Shown here: positions 40,943-54,135 of the stretch, in pieces | Position numbering within the stretch: position 1 is the stretch's first letter | How the letters are laid out: the number at the start of each line of letters is the position of its first letter | Source of the DNA: Eledone cirrhosa | Taxonomy: Eukaryota | Direction: 5' to 3' | DNA length: 64,000 nucleotides | NCBI GenBank assembly: GCA_964016885.1 | Contig: OZ024743.1 | Span: 290,098,001-290,162,000, forward strand | Notes under the pieces: generated by a model | What the model was told of the DNA's origin: nothing | What the model saw: the letters and a program-made list of their open reading frames with translations, nothing else | Database searches by the model: none | Made by a program: the position numbers and the translations under genes

Positions 40943-42960
40943 AAGAAAAGATGAAATCAAAAATGAAACTGGATGCTTATTTAAAAATATATATATATAT
41001 TTATTTGGCTCCTTTACCGGTTTCGCAGTTCTTCTGCTTTTCAAAAGTAGAGCTGAGATAGAGGGTCTGTGGTTTTTCTCACATTTGGTTGGTCTTTGAA
41101 TGTTACTTGTTTTATATGGAAAAAAGTGGCTCGAAACGCCAGGTTTTTAGAGAAGTAATTTGATTGGTTGGTCAATAAGTATAATACATTTTGCGCCAGT
41201 TCGCGTTACAAAGTTTATTCAAACAGGTAGGGGGGGGACTTAGGTTGTTTTTTCCTATATGAGTGTTTGAATTTCTTTTTACTTTCAAAAAAGTGGCTCA
41301 CGAGGCTTTTTTTAATAAACGTAATTTGATTGGTTACCAATGCCAAATTACCTACCGCAAACCCACAACCAACTGTCAAAAAATGTGGTCGCTCTAATTG
41401 TGGAACCTGCACTCACCTCATTGGAGGCAACACGTATATATTTAAATCAGGACTACATTTTGCAGTAAAAATTCACTTCATTTTCTCATCAAAAAATCTA
41501 CTTTATGCCATTAAATGTAAAGGATGCAATGAAGATTATATAGGACAAACTAAACTCAGAAGCAGAATGACAGCTCATCGCCAACCATTACGAGATCCAA
41601 CCACGAGACAGATACCACTAAGTGCACATCTAGACATATGCGCAAGTAATAAGACACCCAAATTCCAAGTCTTCTCATTTTACATTTGCGCTGACAATAC
41701 AGCAGAACCAATCCGAATAAATAAGGAAAATATGTTTATTCAAAAATATAGACCAGCATTAAATATGGTTTAATATACATTATGTCAACACCATAACATG
41801 CTAACCATCCAAAGAGACACATACACACACACACACATAACACCTCCTACTTTAGAAAATAAAAACCCGAACTAAATAAACCTTAACATACGTTTACGCT
41901 GACAATACAACAGAAGAAATACGAATAAGTAAGGAAAATATGTTCATTCAAAAATATTCCTACTAACGGAATCATTTTCCTACACACATACACACACACA
42001 CGCACAATATATATATATTCTCTTCATCTTAACATGCTAACCATACTCCCAGACACACATAACACCCATATACACATATAACAACCCCCATCCCCACACA
42101 AACAACACCCTCCCCCATTTCTACTAATAGAATCACTTTCCTACACACATATATACACACACACAGAATATATATATATACTCTCCATCTTAACATACTC
42201 CCCCCCACACACACACACATAACACCCATATACACACACACAACACCCTCCCCCATTTCCACTAATAGAATCATCTTTCTATACACACACACACACATAC
42301 AAAGACACAAATAAACATACATATCTTTTCTTTCTTTATTTCAATAGAAAATCTGAATTCTGACCCCCCAGCGAACTAACCATATTCACTGAACCAGAAC
42401 AATTCCCCCATCCCATTTCTCTTGACCATTATCTTTCGCTTGTCATAACATTTTCTAAAAGGGCTACAAAATATATTTCCAAATACGGGCGCGAATTTAA
42501 TGAACACTTGTTCATTTATAAACAATCAAATTACGTTTATTAAAAAAAAGCCTTTGTGAGCCCCTTTTTTTAAAGTAAAAATAAATTCAAACACTCATAT
42601 AGGAAAATACAACCTGAGCCCCCTCCCCTTGTTTGAAGACCTTTGTAACGCGAACTGGCGCGAAATTTATTATACTTATTGACCAACCAATCAAATTACT
42701 TCTCTAAAAACCTGGCGTTTCGAGCCACTTTTTTCCATATAAAACAAGTAACATTCAAAGACCAACCAGATGTGAGAAAAACCACAGACCCACCATCTCA
42801 ACTCTACTTTTGAAAAGCAGAAGAACTGCGAAGCCGGTCTATTTTAAAAAAAAATAAGACTCCAGTTGCATTTTCGATTTCATCTTTTTTTCTTTATACT
42901 TTCACTCGTGTAGGACATCTCGGTTATTTTTCATTTTGTAAAAAGAACCTCACTTTCTAA
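40938..42960 (+). mobile_element. Penelope-like remnant (GIY-YIG) with ~390-bp inverted pLTRs
   Basis: ORF 41330-41773 KCGRSNCGTC...NLLYAIKCKGCNEDYIGQT..RMTAH...RINKENMFIQKYRPALN; arms 40938-41331 / 42523-42897; (TA)n flanks. Confidence 0.9.
41009..41050 (-). ncRNA. Minimal hammerhead with U3-A8 variant core
   Basis: ctactt-TTGAAAA-gcag/ctgc-GAAA-ccgg-TA-aaggag; same core in the second arm (42810-42816). Confidence 0.65.
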
Positions 42961-42986
42961 TATATATATATATTCATGTGATGTGT

Positions 42987-43133
<147 letters not shown>

Positions 43134-43134
43134 T

Positions 43135-43166
<32 letters not shown>

Positions 43167-43175
43167 ATATGTATG

Positions 43176-43221
<46 letters not shown>

Positions 43222-43340
43222 AAGGCGTGTGGCTGAGTGGTTAGAGAATTGGTTTCACAATCTTGAGGTTGTGGGTTCGTGTCCTGGACCGGTCGATGCG
43301 TTATGTCCTTGAGCAAGACATTTTATTTCACGTTGCTCCT
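43222..43340 (+). mobile_element. tRNA-derived SINE (second family; head also at 54131-54190)
   Basis: A box tggctgagtgg, B box gggttcgtgtcc, then tgtccttgagcaagaca (V-domain-like). Confidence 0.7.
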
Positions 43341-43458
43341 TCTACCTGGAGTTGCGACCGATAGATAGTACTAGCAACTGGAAAGACCGATGGAAACATT
43401 GTTTCCTCGGTCCGATTTGACGAAAGTCGTTCGATTTAAAAAAATATATATATATATA

Positions 43459-43489
<31 letters not shown>

Positions 43490-43529
43490 TTTTTATTTCT
43501 TTATGTGTGTGCGTGTAACTACTCTCATA

Positions 43530-44048
43530 GGTTGTGTATTAATGACTTTTATCTGTGTCTGGCATTTCAATCACTCTTCATAAGGAATCTAACTCAGTGT
43601 TGACATTTTTCTCTTATTTTTCTCTCCTTAGTGAATATTTAATTATGTCTCACTCAAAGGGATTTAGTGTTTTATAACTGCCTCCTACTTACTGTTTTCA
43701 TTGTGTTATCATTATCTAATATAATGCTGTTGGTGGCTAATAATTGTCAGTTGACAAATATAGCCTTGTCATATTTATCGAACCCCAATTCCATATTATG
43801 ATCACTATTTCTTTTTGTCACATGTTACTAACCAGTATTGCAAAAAAATTCAATACATCTATATACATAATATTGTTGATGTTAGTGTCATAAGCTTTAT
43901 ACATATATCCAGTGTTATTTACGAATGTACTTAGTGGGATCAGTTTCAAGCAGAACAATAACGGAGATCGTAGATCCCTCTGGAAGATCCAATGTTTGAT
44001 ATAAATGATCATCACCATTGTCATCATGACCATTATCATGATCATGAC

Positions 44049-44079
<31 letters not shown>

Positions 44080-45250
44080 TTCACCACTACCACCAGCATC
44101 ATCATCATCAGCAACATCATCATCCTCATCATCATCATCACTATCATCAACGTCGTTGTCCATCAACGTTATTATTATTATAGATAAAGTTTTGAAAAAT
44201 TAGATATTCTCATGGTGGATCACAACGAATGGTCTTGGGTATCCCTAAATTGTTAAACATCAAATGCCTATATAGGGCACACAAGTTCAATTTCCTTTAT
44301 CCAATAATCAAATGTATGTGTTACTATTCTCCAAACCAATATCACTATTGATATGATTTTAATATTAATCATTTTACACAACCGTGCTATCTCATACTTA
44401 AATAGAGTGTAATATTTCTCATTTTTTTTTTGTCTTTCTTCACTCTGAAGTTAAATGGAAGTGTATTATATATCCACACGTATTTTGTTCACCAAAATTA
44501 TGTATGGCATATTTTACTCCAATACATTGTCCCTCTGTATTGCTAAGTCCAATAAGATGTTACAATCTTCTGATTCAAGTAAGTTTTGACTTGCGATTAC
44601 CTTCATATTAAATTTCCCTCTTCTGGTAGAGTCCCCTATATATACTCTTAGCTACTTCGTCTTGACACCATTTTGTGCATCGAAATTGGGCACTCGACAA
44701 CAATGTGTGTGGCTGTTTACACGAACATTTGTCACACCCTGCACACTGGAGTTAGGTTTTCCTTGTAGATGCAGTTCCTAAATGATTGGATTTAATAGAT
44801 TGGTCCTAAGCAACTATAATAGAGATTTTCGCCTCATTCTTTAGATTTCCTTTTCTAAGCTAATCCTCTGTAGGTTTGCTTCTCAGTTCTTTTGATCCTG
44901 GTTAAAATTGACCATGTACTGATTTCCATTAAATATTTATGCTTATTTTGTACATCTTCCTTACCTTTTTTCTCACTTCCCATTTAGAATAGCAGTTAAT
45001 ATTTTACTGGTTTGATCAGGATTTACTTCTAGTTAATTAATAAGGCTTTTATTCTACATACTCACACAGACGTCGACATAAATAAATCTACGAGCTCAAT
45101 TCTCTCCTCTTCGTACATATACGGTCCACATATGCTCTTGGATTATGTGCACCATGCGTAGTCAAGTATTTTCTGATTTTTGACAACCACACGCAGCTTG
45201 GAGTTTCAATGTGGTCCTGTCTATAATACCAGCTTCATATCTTCCTGTTG
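43530..45250 (-). mobile_element. Two heavily decayed RLE-LINE (R4/Dong-like) fragments separated by (CAT)n/(ATT)n
   Basis: IFQRDLRSPLLFCLKLIPLS...INNIMYIDVL (RT, ~43820-44005); CCHC-like and KYEIARL..IKIISIVI (RLE) remnants at ~44250-44770; 3' end at TAA/GAT repeats. Confidence 0.7.
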
Positions 45251-45294
45251 AAAACCCTCTTACATTAAATGCTATAATTGTTATTATTATCAAC

Positions 45295-45512
45295 CTGGAT
45301 GTACAGTATCGTTAGAGAGTCAGAAAACACGCCCTGCAATGGATAATTACAGACATTTACGCTCTGAGTTCAAATCCAGCCGATGTTGGGTTTGCTTTTA
45401 ACCTTATGGGTTCGATTATATGAAGTACTAGTAACACACTGGCGGTGATGTATTCGACATTTTCCCACCCCCTTACAATATTTGCCTGAATCGGCAACGA
45501 TTATTATTATTT
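45295..45512 (+). mobile_element. Old copy of the Deu/Nin-like SINE
   Basis: ctgagttcaaatccagccga...tttgcttttaaccttatgggttcgat...aagtactag. Confidence 0.65.
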
Positions 45513-45666
45513 CATCTTAATCGCATAGCTCTCTTTTTATATATAATATTTATGTATGTATCTATGTATCTATCTATCTATCCTCTATCTATCTCTATAT
45601 ATACGATGAAAGTTTTTTCTCACTCAATTTTATTATAAATGCTTTACACACACACACACACACACA

Positions 45667-45745
<79 letters not shown>

Positions 45746-45788
45746 TAATATATATATGTAGGTATGTACGTATATATGTATGTATATA

Positions 45789-45879
<91 letters not shown>

Positions 45880-48800
45880 CTGTGTATGCGTGTGTGTGTA
45901 GCTCACCAAATATTCTGAAAATTATCAGAAACAGCTTTTTTAGCATTCATCTACAGTTAAAAGCATCATGCAGAAAATGATGTATTTGAAATAATTATAA
46001 AATGATTTATGCAAACAATAATTTCAGGGAATATTTCCTCTCAAAAATATGAATATTCATCTATTAAATTCATAATAGGAAATTATTTGTTTGCAATTTA
46101 AAAATGTTAATCAGTATATAAAATTCATCATATATTTTGATTACTCTAGAAATTATAGGAAATTATGGTGATTAAAAAATATATTTTTCCTTTATCAAAA
46201 ATAATTGAAATTAGAACGAGCATATTAGAATATTTACAAGTAAAAAAACACCGAAGATATTAACACCAGTACCATGGATATCATTAGATTCATCAGGGTT
46301 TTGAGGATAACAAAAAATCACCACTATCAGTTATCTTTCATTCGTTGTTGTTCTTAATATATTCAGAAATTAAAAGTTTAGTTTTAATACGTTCATCCAT
46401 GAAATTGATTTCAAATTTTTAACTCTCAGTTTTGTGTCCTTTATGCAAATATTTTCCAACACATAGTTTGTGATATAAATATGATTGTTTAGTGTTAACG
46501 GTTTCATTCATTAGTTTGCAGATATGATGGGATAGCGTCTTGACAGGTTTGTCGAATATATGGACCACCACCTCATTTTTGTTTTTTCCTGATTAGTAAT
46601 TATTTTATCAATGTCTGTTTATCAGGCAACTAGTTCTTGTGACACAGACTTACAGCAGACAAATATATGTAATGAGTCTGTGCCCAAAATAGGATTTGCC
46701 ACTGATACGTGAAGGCTAAAGCATTGTATAATAAATGTTCCACGCTTGGCGATGGACCCATCACAAGCTTCAGCGATGAACATTGAATTATTTTTTTAGT
46801 TAATTAGCGGATTACATAAAACCCAGTATATGTAAATACTCAATTAACTTCCAGGAAGAATTAATCTGACACAATATGTGACATCTATGGAGCATAGAAT
46901 TATAGATACAATCCATACAGCGTGTTTCCACACAATTTTATTTTAATCCAAATTCATCTGCAAGACGAGTGAACACGAAATCATGTTAAAGACACTTGCC
47001 TAAGATACCACGCAGTTTGCAACAGGATTCCAATGGTTGCAAAGTTAGGTCATTAATCATTCATCTAGTTCTGTTTCCTAGGTTAGTAATGGCAAACTGA
47101 AATACCTGAAAGTTGTTACTATAAGACTATTGCAATATATTTCCTACTATCACATGGGTGAAAGATCGTAATTATCCGTAATAATCTCGCAATTATAAAT
47201 GAAGTGCTTCAGTTATATTGTTTCATCTTTTTGTAATGATTTATCAAATTCAGAAGATATCTTGAAGTATCACATTAATTAATATTAATTAGGAATTAAA
47301 AATAATTCCGTTAAATACTTCCTTTATGAAACATATTAATACACCCGAGACGTTTACTGAAACGTCTAGGTAGATGAAGTATCGGTAATTTAATATATAG
47401 ATCTTGGTAATTGATACTCTAATGTGATGAGAGAAGTACTACATACAACTGTACACGAGTATCATTATCTAATGCATTCGTTACAAAAAAATAATATATG
47501 TACATTATGATGGGGTTTGATGAATTTGCTACAATTTTCAGCCCTCCATTTGACCATACACAATTTCCCTGCTCTTAAATTGTTATTGTTCCAATCCACT
47601 CCAGACTCCATTAATTGCGTCAGTTCTATTTCTCATCCTATGTGGAATCTCATGATTGCATATAATGGCTCAAATGCAAACTTGGCTTTCATAGTAATAT
47701 CACCACACGCTTAACTCTTGAAACTATATGGATTTACTATTAGCTTCATCACTATAAAACGGTTGTGAACTATTGATTAATTAAATCAGTGACGATATCC
47801 ATTGAATAGCCAATTTCTCTTCGATTAGTAACAACATCGCTTGTTTATTTGCTTTTCTGTAAAAGCCTTACAATAAATTGAGCGATAATAAGAAAGGTAT
47901 GCAGCTTTTATACCAGACTTCATGATAATTAAAAGAGCTTTAATGAGAATGAGATTTATAAGAAGCCTCATATTTCTAGAGACATGAAAAGGGTATGGCT
48001 TTAACTGCATATCATTTTATTTATGAGAAAATTTAACGTGCGAATGGTTCGTATATGGACAAGGTGTAATTAAAATAAGGAATATAATTGTGAGTTTCGA
48101 CAGAAGAGAGGTATTGACCCCTGAATTAGTCAATTTCAGTTATCCGTGTCTCCATATAAAAGGCATTTACAAATAACTAGTAATTGAATGCTTAATTATG
48201 GGAGTCAGCTTAGGAATAGAAATAGAAAGTGCGCAAGTGATGGTGCTTCCTACAAGTGTAAAATAATGTTTCTGTTAATAATATCATTTGGATATTCTGC
48301 CTTCATGAATAACCTAACATACATATCATCAAGTTATATACATGATGAAGAATTGCAATAATTTTAGCAAACTCGTTCGTTACCATATTTCTAAAGATGT
48401 AGTGTATATCTGAATTAATTAATAAAAGATAACCTTCGCTACATAACTCACGAAAAGGTTCTTAAATCATATAATATTGGAAGGTTTTAATTTATACACA
48501 AACATTTAATATGGGTGGTTTCATTCGTAGACACAAAGTTATGTTTGTGCGTGTTTTACTCAATCGAGTAAAGAACAAAGACTGACCAAACCCTTCATTA
48601 TTTAAAAAATGCATATCAGATAACCTCACTATTTTTCATGACATAAGCAATAATTTGTCGAAGATAATCATCGGCTGTATCACCATTGTAATATAAGCAT
48701 CGGGCGAAAATATTCTGAGACGCACTTTAGGAATAAACCAAAGAACCAACTCAAAACGTTCGAAGTATGTGCGCATCATGTTTCAGAGAGATATTCACAC

Positions 48801-50289
48801 ACCTTTTTCCTGAAACAGAGGAGAATAAAATGGGAATATATTTTCTAGTATACGCAAATATATGGGATAGTATCTGATATATATTTAAACGTGAGGATGT
48901 TCAATATGTGTTTATCTGTGATTTAAAAAAAAACCCAGATTAATCGTTGAAATGTTTCTGAATGAAAGTTAAATTGCTCGAACTAGTACCTAGAACGATT
49001 GGCTGATGTCGAAATGATGGGACTTCAATACTGTTTGCGAATGCTTCATTTTCATTGATCAAGGCGTTTGATTCCACTGAGGAAAATTAGCAACATCATT
49101 AAGATAAACCTGCTATTAGCTAGCTTTCGCTCAAAGAAAACTACTCTCCTTAGTTTAACACCTGTTAACTTGGGAGAAAGTCCACATATGTTTCATCTTG
49201 GGTAAAGGAATTTATTCACTCGCCACATCGTGTTTGAAACAGGAACATTAAAAGATTCATCTAAAACCTTGTGACAAAATATTTCTGTGAAAAGAAGAAA
49301 TATGATTCTATAATTTCTGTATCATTTTTAAATGGGCGTAATGAAAATGGAATTTGATTAAACATACTCTTGTTTTTCTTTGCCATATGAATAGCTCTTT
49401 TGACGAAGAAAATACAAAAATACAGATATAAATCAAATAATAAAAGCATGAAAAAGTGAACGGTGCATTGCTTCAATTCAAAATTAAGTAAACGACTATT
49501 CTGTGAAATATTCAGATATGAATGAATTATCTAAATTTAAGTTGGGTAATAATTATCTAAAAACAAAAATGATCTGATTCTCACCACTTAACCTCTCTTA
49601 ATGCATCTCTCATACATTTAAACGCTGTATCATAACATATGAATGTAATATGAATGTAGTAGAGGTGCAGTAATTTGAAATGGAAAGTAATTATTTCTGC
49701 ATTACAAATGATTTCAAGTCGTGAAAATACCTATCTTATTGGTTGCCTAAAATCTGTAAGCCAGAAAAAAAAAATGGAAAGTATACCTACGAGGTACTGG
49801 TGAATGGAGGTTTCAGATGACGTGGTGGTGTTGGTTTCAACTCATACAGTGTGTGATGATTGTTCTTTCCTTTAGTTTCTACCCGAATGTGTTTACACAC
49901 ACACACTCGCACACACATACACACACGCACACACACATACACACACACACACAAACACACACACACACGCGCACACACATAGTTTTCTTTAGGATCGTTG
50001 AGGGGTTTATGAATTGTGAATGTATGTCAACTTAAAGTTAGCGGTTTCACCACAAGAATATTAGTAACAATAGCCTAACGAGGTGAGGATAAGTGGTTAA
50101 TATGGAATCATTGAGCATAGTTACTGTGGCATTCGAGCAAACACCGTCGATATGTGTAAATTGAAATCCTACAAGTTACGCTATTCTATGTTTACGACTT
50201 TAGTAAATTACAACTTGTTAAACTATTCCGAGAGTAAATATTCTGCTTTGAATCTGTTAACTTTAAGCCTGCATTGCTGTATCATGCAT

Positions 50290-50383
50290 TGCTGTATCAT
50301 GGGTCGGGCGTAATAACATGGATGGATGTCACAATTATTTGTGACATCCATCCATTTTATTACGCCCGACCCATGATACAGCA
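50290..50383. repeat. 94-bp near-perfect palindrome (MITE-like or hairpin RNA)
   Basis: 45-bp arms with one mismatch, 4-nt loop ttat; adjacent 15-bp tandem duplication gcattgctgtatcat. Confidence 0.85.
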
Positions 50384-51097
50384 TACACACATACAACCAT
50401 AAATCTAACTGCACAAAGCATACGAACTTAGTATGATTAATACTATACTTTTAGGAGAATTACTCGCTAACAGAAACACGAATATATACAAAGTCCGAAA
50501 GAAGGAAATGCAGAAATATGGAAATTGGTTATTTCTAATTCGCAGATCGGGAAAATTAGAAGATTGCAAAATACAGTAATATAGAAATATGCAAATGTAT
50601 CTCGTGGGTTATGGAACAGAAAATGCAAAATTGAAATTAAAAATACAGTAAGGATACCGATTTTGAAATGATGAATTGTAGAAAGATAGAAATATGGGTT
50701 CACACACACATATGAAAACACATCAGAGTGTGCTAAAATATGAAATCAAGAATCTGAAAATATGCGTGTTCATGCAATGCACAATACATAGTTGCAACGG
50801 TATAATTTCAAAGTGTAAATAGAATGGGAACATTCAAACGTTGGTGAACTCTTTGGAATGAAATAATTTCAAGTCAACAGATTTACAAATTATCATTGTA
50901 ACATTATTGAGCTGCAGAATTACTTAGTGCGAGATGAAGCAATAGAAGGGTTAAAACATTAGCATGTTCGCAGGAATGCAGACATGTGATTATAGATAAG
51001 CGTTAGAATGTAGAAGTGCATATAGGTATTAACAGCTTCCAAATAGTGAAGAATGTATGCTTTAATTGTGTAAATGGGGAATGCTATTTATATAGCC

Positions 51098-51138
<41 letters not shown>

Positions 51139-51152
51139 ACACACACACACAT

Positions 51153-51184
<32 letters not shown>

Positions 51185-51194
51185 TTAGATATTT

Positions 51195-52800
51195 ATATAC
51201 TCTGTTACCCTTTCCACTGCTCCAGCCATGCTGGAGCACTACCCTTTTTGCTCCACGTTCTATCTCCAGCTTCTGTTCGCTGGCCATTGGTGTAAAAGGA
51301 TGTTTGTTGCTGCTGCCCTTAGGTTACATTCGCCCTCTGCTGTGGGCTCATCCGAGATCATGGATAGCAGAGTGTCAAGATAATTCTTGAAAACATCCAC
51401 GTCCTCACCATGCAGATCTCTCAAATTTCTTGGCAACCTCTTGAAGAGTTGAGGGCCTTTGATATCCAGGCTAATATATGTTCCTTATTATCGATGTGAA
51501 GGACGGGACATTTGGCACCGCACAGTGACATCTTGTTAGGGAGTTGGTCCAACTCTCTATGCCAAAGTTTGGTGTTAGCCCCTCCAAGATTTTCCATATG
51601 TGTATCACTGTGTATCTCTCCCGTCTTTATTCGAAGGAGTAGAGTTTCAATTCCTTTAGCCTCTCCCAAAAGCTCATCTCCTTCATCGTGGCAATCCCCT
51701 TGGTGTAGCTTCGTTGCTTCGTTGGATTGCCACAAGCTCCGTGGTTAGTTTGATACTATGGGGTGACCATACCTGGGAGCAGTAGTACAGGCGGCTAAGG
51801 GTAAATGATTTCCATAGTATCAACCTGTTCTCTCGGTCTCTTGTTCAGAAATTACCTCAAGATCTGCACATTGTTGTCACCCTCATGATGTGTGAAAAAG
51901 ATGTATCATCGCTCATCAGGTCTCATATAGATTTCGATACGGGGATTTCGATCCCTCCTGGTATTGTAGGGTATGAACTTCTCCATCATTAAACTGCATG
52001 TTGTTGTCCTCAGCCCATCTGTATATGGCATCCCGATCTTGTAAAAGGGTAACAACAGCTGAGTTTTTTTATTGCCTGTGCTACCGTTGTGTCTTCAGCA
52101 TAGCTAGTGAGTGATGTTGTACATACTACTAGTCTGTGTAGTTTGTGACATATCATTCCGTGGTCGATCTTGTCAAACACCTTCACAAAGTCAAGATATA
52201 TCACGTCTACATGTAAACTGTCTAGCGATTGTTTCAGTACCCATTCATATTGTTGTAACAGCTGTTTTAACAGCTGCGTAAGGCAGCTTCTTCCTGAACA
52301 AAACCATGCTGCGTGTTAGTTAAACAGTCATTTTCCTCGAGGAACGTGATTAGTTTCTTTCTGATGATTCGTTTCATGACCTTACTTTTATGTGACGTCA
52401 GGGAAACTGGCCTATAGGTTTTGGCCTCCGCCTCTGATTTCTCCTTTATGGATAAGGGAATATTATGCCTGGTTCTAACTCTCTGGGTAGTTTACCGCTA
52501 GCCAAAGAACTTCTGAAGAGGATCGTCTGTGGTATTGCTAAGGCACACTTATCTGTAATTAGGAGGACTGCTGGGAATCCATCAGATGTAGCGGCTGAGT
52601 TTGTTCTTATTTCTTCTATGGCGGATATCACATTTTCCACCGTTATGTCTATGTGGTTGATGGTCGCCATTCCTTCGTGGAGTGTTGTGGCATTAAAGAA
52701 ATCCTCTGGCTTTGTTTATTTTCATTCGCCTCAATGGTGGTGTGAACACACTTTTGTACTCTTCATTCAGTATTTCTCTTATCCCATGGGGATCCTTGGT
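51195..52800 (-). mobile_element. CR1/L2-group LINE RT remnant
   Basis: ITVENVISAIEEI..NSAATSDGFPAVLL; IYLDFVKVFDKIDH; SYAEDTTV; multiple frameshifts. Confidence 0.8.
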
Positions 52801-52887
52801 AATGAACCATTTTTATGGAAAAGAAAACAGAGAGAAAAAACAGGTGAACAGACCCTATCTTGGGGGGACAGGACAATGGAACATGCA

Positions 52888-53480
52888 ACCACACAGCTCC
52901 TTTCGTTTCTTATTATTTTGTATTTACCGCTGTGACCCTCCTCTACCTTTTTTGTTCGATCTGTGGTCCCACCACACTTTCGCATCGACTCTCGCCTTCT
53001 TTCTTCACTTTTCCCTCCTCTCTCTCGTTCTCTCTCTCCCTCTCTCTACTCATCCGTTCGCTTTCGATCGTTAACAACGTGTTTACACTTGTCGTAAAAC
53101 TCCTCTAGTTTCGACCGGTTACGACACGTTGTACAACTATCGTAAAACCCTTTTCGGATTATCTCCCATTTTTCTCTTTCTTCCTGTCTCCTCACCACCT
53201 TTCCCCCTTTGTTCTTCTTCCTCTTTTCCTTCCATTTCCTTCATTTTGCCCCTTTTCTCTTCTTTTCCTCCTGGTCTTTTTATTAAGAAAAGACCTTGGG
53301 CGCACTGCTGATCGCTATAGATGTCCTGTAAATAAGCGCCGAAACATCTTGATCGCGGATTACAGCTGACGAAGGATTCTTTTGTTTTCTTCTTTTGTTT
53401 TCTTCTCTTGTTTCGTCCATACCACTATCCTAAACCTTGTTTATAGTACCACACAGCTCCTTTCGTTTCTTATCATTTAT
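52888..53480 (+). mobile_element. Family delta element, diverged subfamily (560-bp monomer + ~30-bp redundancy)
   Basis: Direct repeat accacacagctcctttcgtttcttat at 52888 and 53448; ccgctgtgaccc shared with 14695-14706 (-); pyrimidine-rich body; (TA)n at the 3' end. Confidence 0.8.
53319..53375 (+). ncRNA. Candidate non-circularly permuted hammerhead ribozyme
   Basis: agatg-TC-ctgtaa ... cc-GAAA-catct ... ttacag-CTGACGA-agg: stem III agatgU/Acatct, stem I ctgtaa/ttacag, GUC triplet; stem II only gg/cc. Confidence 0.7.
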
Positions 53481-53519
53481 AAATATATATATATATATAT
53501 AAAAAATACAATATATTGA

Positions 53520-54030
53520 AAAGGTAACACACTAGAGAGAATTAGTGCGCCATCAATAAAACAGGGAAAAACCACCAGTGTATGGAACCTATAACCTTGA
53601 AAGGCAGGTTAGGCACGCAATAATTATACATATAAATTAAAATGTATATACGTACCTCTATAACTATATAACACACACGTACAAATCCCAAGAGATTTGT
53701 TTCGCCAAGAAGTTGTTGACTGAAATGGAATAGCCCATGGTTCATCAGCGTGTACAAATCCCAAGAGATTTGTTTCGCCAAGAAGTTGTTGACTGAAATG
53801 GAATAGCCCATGGTTCATCAGCGTGTGCAAGGCCATACATTTCAGACAACTATAAGAGAATTTAAAGTGACCGTCCAGCTGCACGTGGGAGAGAGATGTC
53901 ACAGCGTGTTTAGGGCAGTGAACCAGTGGTGTCTGTGGGACGAGCTGCTAGAAAGGGCAGCCCAAAAGCACTCAGAGAAGTGTGCTCAACCAAACAGAGT
54001 GAGAGGAAAGACTGTTATAAGGAGCGAAAT
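53520..54030 (-). mobile_element. Family alpha relative with tandemly duplicated hammerhead (73-bp unit, 53674-53827)
   Basis: acacg-CTGATGA-acca...tggc-GAAA-caaatct/ggatttg-TA-cgtgt; shares tttctagcagct, cattttaatttata and ctggtggttt with 1032-1604. Confidence 0.8.
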
Positions 54031-54037
54031 ATCTATA

Positions 54038-54135
<98 letters not shown>

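Noticed and set aside
43222-43290. tRNA-like sequence (also 8021-8100 and 54131-54190)
   Set aside because: No complete cloverleaf; continues into SINE body sequence, so it is a SINE head.
43915-44187. Poly-His, poly-Asp and poly-Met ORFs
   Set aside because: (CAT)n microsatellite between two LINE fragments.
53679-53826. Direct repeats suggestive of a CRISPR array
   Set aside because: Only two abutting 73-bp units, no spacers, no cas genes, eukaryotic context; explained as an HHR duplication.
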